A stretch of 13,475 nt of DNA from Candidatus Woesearchaeota archaeon (GTDB lineage: Archaea; Nanobdellota; Nanobdellia; Woesearchaeales; UBA10216): NCBI GenBank assembly GCA_016180085.1, contig JACPBX010000012.1, forward strand, positions 1-13,475, given 5' to 3'. The translations under genes were made by a program, and so were the position numbers. The notes beneath the pieces were generated by a model that ran no database searches, was not told where the DNA came from, and saw only the letters and a list, made by a program, of their open reading frames with translations. This document shows, one piece after another, positions 1-5,735 of this stretch. The stretch's first letter is position 1. Each line of letters begins with the position of its first letter.

Positions 1-2
1 CA

Positions 3-305
3 GGATTCGCTATAACAACTATAACACTTTGCGAGCTTTACAAGGGCGCGTTTTTGTCTTCTAATAAAGAACAAAGCATTGCACAAGTGAATGCGTTTCT
101 TGAAAGTGTAAGTCTTTACACGCAGGATAAGTTAAGCTGCTTATTATTTGGACAAGACTTTGCTCTGCTGAAAGATAAGGGAATGCAGACTGAAGAAGCA
201 GACCTCATGATTGCCAGCATCAGCAAGGCAAACAATTGCATACTTGTTACAAGAAACATTAGGGACTTCAAGAATATTCCAGACTTGGTAGTTAACAGTT
301 GGTAA
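3..305 (+). CDS. vapC: PIN-domain ribonuclease (VapC-like toxin), 5'-truncated by the window edge
   Basis: The frame is open from base 3 (GFAITTITLCELYKGAFL...), upstream of the listed TTG at 54. ITTITLCELYKGA and the C-terminal DLMIASISKANNCILVTRNIRDFKNIPDLVVNSW match the VapC pattern (IS.IT..EL..G ... D..IA..A......LVT.N..DF..I..L...W). Confidence 0.85.
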   Translation, partial: GFAITTITLCELYKGAFLSSNKEQSIAQVNAFLESVSLYTQDKLSCLLFGQDFALLKDKGMQTEEADLMIASISKANNCILVTRNIRDFKNIPDLVVNSW

Positions 306-331
306 TTGCCAAACAAAGCCGTTTTTGATTA

Positions 332-379
332 GTTTTTTGGTTGAACTTTTTTGCGAACCGCAGTGAGCAAAAAAGGTCA
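332..379 (-). repeat. Hairpin/A-tail repeat, copy A (intergenic)
   Basis: The minus strand reads TGA-C-CTTTTTTGC-TCACTGCGGTTC-GCAAAAAAG-T-TCA-ACCAAAAAAC. There is a perfect 9-bp inverted repeat (346-354/367-375) plus a 3-bp outer stem. The architecture matches 8678-8723, 8768-8849 and 13452-13475. Confidence 0.7.
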
Positions 380-381
380 TG

Positions 382-396
382 CGAAACATTTAAAAA
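382..396 (+). promoter_or_regulatory. BRE-TATA promoter candidate for the 446/470 gene
   Basis: CGAAACATTTAAAAA matches the GAAA(C/G)ATTTAAATA pattern seen before several genes in this window. Confidence 0.55.
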
Positions 397-445
397 CATA
401 AGTTGCGAAGAAGCAATGCAAGTGCGTTTAAGAGGTGCGTGAACT

Positions 446-898
446 ATGTTTCCGGTAGCTGAAGGTGTAATGAAAGTGCTTTTTGGGAAAAAGGGCCAGA
501 TGGGCATGATGGGCCCAAGGAAGCCGATAAGCCTGCTTCTCGGCGTTGTTTTCCTGGCTTTTGGGCTTATTCCGCTGCTTAACCAGTTCAAGATTATCGG
601 CTTTACCATACCAACTCTGCCGAACATAGTGCTTCAGGTGCTGGGCATAATCGGAGCGGTAATCCTGTTGTGGGACGCCATCTCAGAAGGCATGACTGCC
701 ATGATGGGCTTTCCGCAGATGGCAAGGATGGCGACTTTTGTCATGGCCCTGGTGCTGCTTGCCATCGGGCTGATTCCGCTGCTTAACAGCATGAATATTA
801 TCGGCTTCACCCTGCCGGTTCTTGCAGCAATCATTGTCAACGTGCTTTACATCGTAACAGGCGCGCTGCTGCTTTATGGCGGAACGCAGGGATTTTAG
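446..898 (+). CDS. Uncharacterised membrane protein (about 4 TM) built from a tandem duplication; start at 446 or 470
   Basis: Hydrophobic ORF with two copies of LA(F/I)GLIPLLNxxxIIGFT(I/L)P, 68 codons apart. SD-like AGAGGTG (431-437) precedes ATG 446, and GAAGGTG (461-467) precedes ATG 470. Confidence 0.85.
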   Translation: MFPVAEGVMKVLFGKKGQMGMMGPRKPISLLLGVVFLAFGLIPLLNQFKIIGFTIPTLPNIVLQVLGIIGAVILLWDAISEGMTAMMGFPQMARMATFVMALVLLAIGLIPLLNSMNIIGFTLPVLAAIIVNVLYIVTGALLLYGGTQGF

Positions 899-945
899 GC
901 TTAATTTTCGTTAAGAAATAATAAAAAATTGGTGCTGCTCTAAAG

Positions 946-2553
946 ATGGACTTCAGTAAATACGACAAGAGAAAGCTTTTGCTGCTGCTAATTTTCTCGC
1001 TGCTTGTTGTGCAGACTGTTGCTGCCCAGAACCTTGCAGACATGCTGGGCAACATACCTGCTTTTGAGGGTTTAAGCGCTGAGAGGGTGGAAGAGCTTTA
1101 TGATGATTTCTGGTGGCTGTGGGATGCTATCATCTATACCATAATACTTGGCGTGGGGCTCCGGTTTGGCGCTGCACAGTCCAAGGTTTTCGGGGAAAAA
1201 GGCGGCATGGTCGGAACAGTAATCGCCTTAGTGCTTGCTTTTGCTGCCGTCTTTGCAGAAAACCAGTTTGGTTTCAATCTCAAGAAGTTTGCCCCGCTGG
1301 CACTTGCCATTGCCCTCTTTGCGATTGCATATTTCCTGTGGAATACGATAAAAGGGATGAACCTCGGCAAGGGCTCCAGGATCGTCTTTGCACTTCTTTT
1401 TTTGGGGATGTACGGGCTCACCAGCGACTTTCTTAAGGGACTAAGGGAAATGACAGGGAGCTACCTGACATGGATTCCTTCGATAATGGATATACTTGCT
1501 GCTGTTTTCGTAATAATGCTGCTAATTGAGCTTTGGAACTTAGTCAGCGGGGCGTGGAAAAGCGGCGGGGGCGGAGGTGGAGGAGGCTTTTTTGGCAGGC
1601 GAGTGAATGAAGGGAATGAGGGGGAAACGAGGAGGGACGTACAGGTCAGCGAGCAGGAAGCTCAGCAGATTGCCAACGTGGAACTGTATGAGAAAAAGCT
1701 TGACCAGTTTGCAAAAAGGCTTGGGAAGAAGGAGATAGGAGACGAGCGGCAGTTTGAGCAGGATATTGGAAACGCCATAACGCTTGCCGGCGAGGCAGAG
1801 AATGCGGAGGCAAAGGCTGAGGAAATCATGCAGGGCGTCCAAGCTGGAAGGTATGGCAAGGACGCAATGAATGGCGTGGAGTCCTTAAGGAAAAAGTATA
1901 AAGATGCTGTTGAAAAGATGTTTAACCGCGTCAGGGCAGCCGTAGCATTTGCAAGAGCTCAACGCCAGGCAATGATTGCGGAGTGGAATGAGACTCTGGC
2001 TGCTGCTAAAGCAGACATGAGAGTGCGGGGGCTTGTTGCAAACCTTTCAAAGATTGTTGGGACGGATAAGGACCGTTTTCTCAACAACCACAACCTTACT
2101 GGGCAAGGGCAGGTTAAACAAGATGTTGAAGCCCTCTTCAAGGCTATTGGGGAGTTCCAGCTGCTTGAGAATGAAAAGAGGCAGGTCTTTGGACCTCAGG
2201 AGCAGCAAGCACTCAGGGCGCTTATAGCCGAGACCAACAAGGAGATTATGGACCTGAACGACCTGCTTACCAGAATGGAGGCGCTTAAAAAAACTGGCAA
2301 CCTCAGAAAAGAGGAGCTGTACCAGATTAAGCAGCACCTTACTGCCTTGCTGGAAATGTCAAAGGTAAAGCAGCACGGCATACAAAGGGCGCAGGACATC
2401 CTTAACAGGGTAAGAAACGTTGACAACAAGATAAGACAGGTAGCGGTTGTTTATCAGAGGCTTCTGCCGCAGCTGCAGAGGCTGGTATTGACTCCGAGAA
2501 CTCCTGCAAAGAATGCAGCGAACCAGCAACTGATGAGAACGTTCAGAATCTAA
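946..2553 (+). CDS. Uncharacterised protein: signal-like N-terminus, about 5 TM helices, Gly8 linker, long predicted helical/coiled-coil C-terminal domain
   Basis: 535-aa ORF. Hydrophobic segments fill residues ~10-200, GGGGGGGG lies at residues 207-214 (nt 1564-1587), and an E/K/Q/A/R-rich helical region follows. Confidence 0.85.
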   Translation: MDFSKYDKRKLLLLLIFSLLVVQTVAAQNLADMLGNIPAFEGLSAERVEELYDDFWWLWDAIIYTIILGVGLRFGAAQSKVFGEKGGMVGTVIALVLAFAAVFAENQFGFNLKKFAPLALAIALFAIAYFLWNTIKGMNLGKGSRIVFALLFLGMYGLTSDFLKGLREMTGSYLTWIPSIMDILAAVFVIMLLIELWNLVSGAWKSGGGGGGGGFFGRRVNEGNEGETRRDVQVSEQEAQQIANVELYEKKLDQFAKRLGKKEIGDERQFEQDIGNAITLAGEAENAEAKAEEIMQGVQAGRYGKDAMNGVESLRKKYKDAVEKMFNRVRAAVAFARAQRQAMIAEWNETLAAAKADMRVRGLVANLSKIVGTDKDRFLNNHNLTGQGQVKQDVEALFKAIGEFQLLENEKRQVFGPQEQQALRALIAETNKEIMDLNDLLTRMEALKKTGNLRKEELYQIKQHLTALLEMSKVKQHGIQRAQDILNRVRNVDNKIRQVAVVYQRLLPQLQRLVLTPRTPAKNAANQQLMRTFRI

Positions 2554-2580
2554 TGCTTTGGGCTTTGCCTACTTTCTGCT

Positions 2581-3837
2581 CTACCTTCTGCCAATGGTAA
2601 CAGGCGTTCTAACGTGAATAGGCATTGTTAATATTCTGCCAACTGCGCTGCCAGTCCTGCCAAAAAGTGAAGGCTGGCTTGCTCCTGCGCCGTGATGCCC
2701 TCTGGCTGGAAATGGAGCATAAAGCTCACCGCTCGCCGCTCTGCTATGAAGTTCGGCAAGCCACGAATAGGTTTCACGTCTTGGCTCCAGGGCTAAAGAC
2801 TCGTGCAGGAGCTGCCTTGCCTCATCAGGGAATTGAGGCTCGAGTGTAAGGTAAGCAACAGCTAGCTGGTAAAGCTGTGACGCTTTTTCTTCCTTGCTGA
2901 TGTGTGCCGCTCTTATAGACTCAGGTGTCAAAGTGCTCATAACGCTTTCTAAAACGTCGTTCCTCACAGAAGTTGGAACACTTTTGGCTGTCTGTGCCTT
3001 TTGCCTGTAAAGCCTCACAAGCGCTGTGTTGGCTTCTTGGTCAGCAAGTGTGTCTTTCAACACAGCGTTAAATGCGCCAATTGCCTGGTCTATGCTGCCA
3101 ATTCCCTGGTAAGCCTTTCCCAAGCCAAGATAAACGGCAGGGTCTTCGTAGCCAAAGATGTGCTCAGCTGTCACTAAATCATCAATTGCCTCCCTGTGCT
3201 TTCCGCCTTCCTCAAGGAGCAGGCCTGACTCAGACAACACATAGCCCCAACCTGCACCTTCTAGCAGGTTGTGGATGAAAAAGAAGTCCCTTACCCCGCT
3301 TTCAATGCCAAGTGTTGGAATAGTTCCTGTACGAGTACGCGCAACATCATCAAGGTACTGAACTACAATCTCAGCAGCCGGCTCGCCCCGGCCAGCCAGT
3401 TGCATAGCCTCGTGCCTGAGCCTGGTGTTGTCTGCGCGAACAGCAGCGTAATTTATAGAAACATCAACTGCTCCAACCCCCCGCAGACCATTGAGGTGCT
3501 GCTGGATTTGGCGGTAAGCTGTCTGGTCTGCAGGGCCTGTCATGACCTGCTCTATAAGCCTAAGAAAATTTTCAACCGTGTCCCACTGCTGCTCTTCAGT
3601 TTGAAGCTGACGATTAACTTGTGGCCTCAGATTCTGCCTTGCTTGTCTAAACAGATTTGCCGTGTTACTATTCAAGGGACCTCGCACTTGGTTGCCTACT
3701 ATAATTTCCAAAGTGGCTCCCTTGATATCTGCTACCTCAGCAGTTATAACATCTCGATAATGGTTCTGCCCGTCAAGAACGTTCAGCACTCTGGCAGCAA
3801 CCAGATTGCCCCTCACAAGGTATTCTCCAACGCTCAT
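2581..3837 (-). CDS. Uncharacterised TPR-containing protein with a lysine-poor N-terminal helical domain
   Basis: 418-aa ORF with SD-like AAGGTG upstream. TPR-like segments are PAVYLGLGKAYQGIGSIDQAIGAFNAVLKDTLAD and SQLYQLAVAYLTLEPQFPDEARQLLHESLALEP. Confidence 0.8.
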   Translation of the reverse strand: MSVGEYLVRGNLVAARVLNVLDGQNHYRDVITAEVADIKGATLEIIVGNQVRGPLNSNTANLFRQARQNLRPQVNRQLQTEEQQWDTVENFLRLIEQVMTGPADQTAYRQIQQHLNGLRGVGAVDVSINYAAVRADNTRLRHEAMQLAGRGEPAAEIVVQYLDDVARTRTGTIPTLGIESGVRDFFFIHNLLEGAGWGYVLSESGLLLEEGGKHREAIDDLVTAEHIFGYEDPAVYLGLGKAYQGIGSIDQAIGAFNAVLKDTLADQEANTALVRLYRQKAQTAKSVPTSVRNDVLESVMSTLTPESIRAAHISKEEKASQLYQLAVAYLTLEPQFPDEARQLLHESLALEPRRETYSWLAELHSRAASGELYAPFPARGHHGAGASQPSLFGRTGSAVGRILTMPIHVRTPVTIGRR

Positions 3838-3916
3838 TTTTTAATGCACCTTTGACCTGAAAACTCAAAACAGTTCTGCAGATGACTAAAACCAAAAATT
3901 AAAAAATAAAAATTGC

Positions 3917-4651
3917 TCAGCGTATAGCGTACTGAGCAAGCATGACTGTTGCTGCTGTCTGGACTGGCAGCTGATAGTCAACTAGCTGTGTCCTCTGCGC
4001 CATGAACTGGTTAGTTGCCAGGCGCTGCCTCAGTCCTTCCAAAACCGCGTTTGGAACCACCAAGGCACCTGCAGCTGGCTGAGGTGTCATGAGCTCGACA
4101 AAGCTTGCGAATCTCCTGACAGACTCATATAGCTCGGCAGGGCTGAATGTGGTTCTCATGTTGCCAGTTGTGTTAAGTGTGCCAACAAGCCGCTGCACTG
4201 TCTGCATGGCTTGCTGTCGGCCCATTGCTTTAAGGTTCGCTTCGTTAGTGATCTGTTCCAGTGTGGTTTCGAGATTACCCCATTCTGTATCTAATGCGTC
4301 AACTTGCTGCTGTATGTTTTGTTTAGTAGCTTGGCGAGCAGTTGCAAACGCATTCTTACTAAAAGCACTTCTTGGCCGAGGTGCTCGAATGACGACTGGA
4401 TCTGTATTAGGGTTGTAAACGTTTGTGTTGTTTTCCATGACAACTGCAGGTCTTGCATCATAATTCGTTGCCGGGTTTGCTGTAACATTACCATAAGCAA
4501 CCTGTAACGGAGCTGTCACGTTCTGGCCGTTAGCTGCAATGTAATCAACAGCCATTAAAATTCCTTCAACCATCGCGTTGATTCCATCCTCAACCTTTTG
4601 TGCATCTGAAATCCTTCTACGCCCGATGTTTATGCCTAAAACATTTACCAT
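3917..4651 (-). CDS. Uncharacterised Ala/Asn/Gln-rich, lysine-poor protein; probable paralog of the N-terminal domain of 2581-3837
   Basis: 244-aa ORF with a strong SD (GAGGGTGA) and an upstream TATA (4725-4732 on minus). It has a gapless 36-aa similarity to the downstream gene. Confidence 0.8.
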   Translation of the reverse strand: MVNVLGINIGRRRISDAQKVEDGINAMVEGILMAVDYIAANGQNVTAPLQVAYGNVTANPATNYDARPAVVMENNTNVYNPNTDPVVIRAPRPRSAFSKNAFATARQATKQNIQQQVDALDTEWGNLETTLEQITNEANLKAMGRQQAMQTVQRLVGTLNTTGNMRTTFSPAELYESVRRFASFVELMTPQPAAGALVVPNAVLEGLRQRLATNQFMAQRTQLVDYQLPVQTAATVMLAQYAIR

Positions 4652-4724
4652 TTCGTCTCACCCTCGCCAATGTTTTTGTTGTTTTTATTACTATTCAATA
4701 GTTGAAACAAGAAATCCGTACCCC

Positions 4725-4741
4725 TATTTAAATCTTTCTAT
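4725..4741 (-). promoter_or_regulatory. BRE-TATA promoter candidate for the minus-strand 4651 gene
   Basis: The minus strand reads ATAGAAAGATTTAAATA. Confidence 0.6.
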
Positions 4742-4887
4742 TTATGACTACTGTCAAGTAGTTCCAAATGTGGCGTTACTGGGAAAACGCACTGCCCACT
4801 TGAGGCTTGGGCAAAAACCGCATCAGTACGCCTTCCCGAACCACGCAGCAACGCCTTCTTTGCCGCATACCAATTGCAACTGGCGAG

Positions 4888-4904
4888 ATAGAAACATTTA
4901 AATA
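4888..4904 (+). promoter_or_regulatory. BRE-TATA promoter candidate for the PIN/UPF0175 pair
   Basis: ATAGAAACATTTAAATA ends 31 nt before ATG 4936, a spacing typical of a near-leaderless archaeal transcript. Confidence 0.65.
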
Positions 4905-4935
4905 TACGTTGTGCACATTGTAATACGATGCTTGC

Positions 4936-5433
4936 ATGCTTGCGGTTAAGGACGCAACGGTTTTGATACATTTGGCGAAGATATCGCTGCTCGAAAGAAG
5001 TTGCATTCACTTTAAAGATGTCATTACCCCGAAGCTTGTTTACAAAGAAGTAAGGAAGGGTATAGAAAAGGGCTACGCCGATGCTGTGGTTGTTGTTGAG
5101 GCTGTTAGGAGGAACCTTATCAGGGTTAAAAAAGTGAGGAAAAAGCTTGTCAAGAAGTGCAATGCGTTCAGCATTTACGGAGGAGAGGCGGAAGCAGTTG
5201 CGCTTTACTGGCAGGAAAAAGCCAGTATACTGGCTACTGACGATGACAACGTCAGGAAAAAAGCCGCAATAATCAGCATAAACGTGGCAGGGACTCCAGC
5301 AATATTGCTGAGACTGGTAAAGAACGGCAATATTGGCAAGGAAAAGTTTAAGGAATCGATTTCAGAGTTAAGAAAAGTTGGATGGTTCAGCGAAGCGTTA
5401 CTTGACAGGGTGTTGATGGAGGGATTAAAATGA
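4936..5433 (+). CDS. PIN-domain protein, DUF3368/COG2405-like (putative toxin)
   Basis: VKDATVLIHL (first acidic residue), GGEAEAVAL and LATDDDNVRKKA, followed by GTPAILL, fit the DUF3368-type PIN pattern. Confidence 0.8.
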   Translation: MLAVKDATVLIHLAKISLLERSCIHFKDVITPKLVYKEVRKGIEKGYADAVVVVEAVRRNLIRVKKVRKKLVKKCNAFSIYGGEAEAVALYWQEKASILATDDDNVRKKAAIISINVAGTPAILLRLVKNGNIGKEKFKESISELRKVGWFSEALLDRVLMEGLK

Positions 5434-5729
5434 CTCAAGCTATAGGCGTTAGGTTGCCAAGGGAAGTGCTTGTGAAGATAGAGGAATTGGGGAAGTCTGA
5501 ACTGGAGGACAGAAGTACTGTGCTAAGGAAAGCGGTCGTGCAGGGACTGAAAGACTTGCTGGCAAAGAAAGCTGCAGGGGATTACCTGAAAGGGAAAGTG
5601 ACTCTTTCAGAGGCAGCCCGGAAAGCAGAACTGACACTCTGGGAAATGGAAAAATATCTGGTTGACAACGGATTCAAATCGAGCTATTCTGTGGAGGATT
5701 TGGAGAAGGAGCTTCGGCTGCTTGAGTAG
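5430..5729 (+). CDS. UPF0175-family protein with N-terminal ribbon-helix-helix (putative antitoxin)
   Basis: The RHH-like MTQAIGVRLPREVLVKIEEL...DRSTVLRKAV is followed by YLKGKVTLSEAARKAELTLWEMEKYL. It has an ATGA overlap with the PIN gene. Confidence 0.8.
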   Translation: MTQAIGVRLPREVLVKIEELGKSELEDRSTVLRKAVVQGLKDLLAKKAAGDYLKGKVTLSEAARKAELTLWEMEKYLVDNGFKSSYSVEDLEKELRLLE

Positions 5730-5735
5730 CAAATT

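Noticed and set aside
509-517. ATGGGCCCA, identical to the 3' end of the right-hand tRNA (13379-13387), as a possible att site
   Set aside because: It is only 9 bp and lies inside a coding region (M-G-P). There is no integrase, and core genes lie between the two sites.
668-1133. LWDAI pentapeptide shared by the two adjacent membrane proteins
   Set aside because: Five residues with no surrounding similarity is compatible with chance.
1693-1725. 14-nt match to the repeat core (AAAAAGCTTGACCA, 1693-1706) and a nearby variant GCAAAAAGGCTTGG inside the 535-aa gene
   Set aside because: There is no hairpin arm or A-tail. It encodes KKLDQ, and AAA-AAG-CTT (KKL) also occurs in other genes here (5140-5149, proS near 5901). 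It is worth rechecking only if coding-region copies prove common genome-wide.
1945-2000. AFARAQRQA...EW in the 535-aa protein resembling AFATARQA...EW of the lysine-poor paralogs
   Set aside because: It needs an 11-residue gap in Ala/Gln/Arg-rich helical sequence, so it is probably compositional.
3271-3855. 194-aa plus-strand ORF opposite the TPR gene
   Set aside because: It is a Ser/Cys-rich shadow of the minus-strand gene, which has an SD, TPR motifs and a paralog.
4793-4818. TGCCCA/TGGGCA hairpin with GCTTGGGCAAAAAC, resembling the repeat tail
   Set aside because: It lacks the CTTTTT/AAAAAG stem and is too degenerate to count as a fifth copy.
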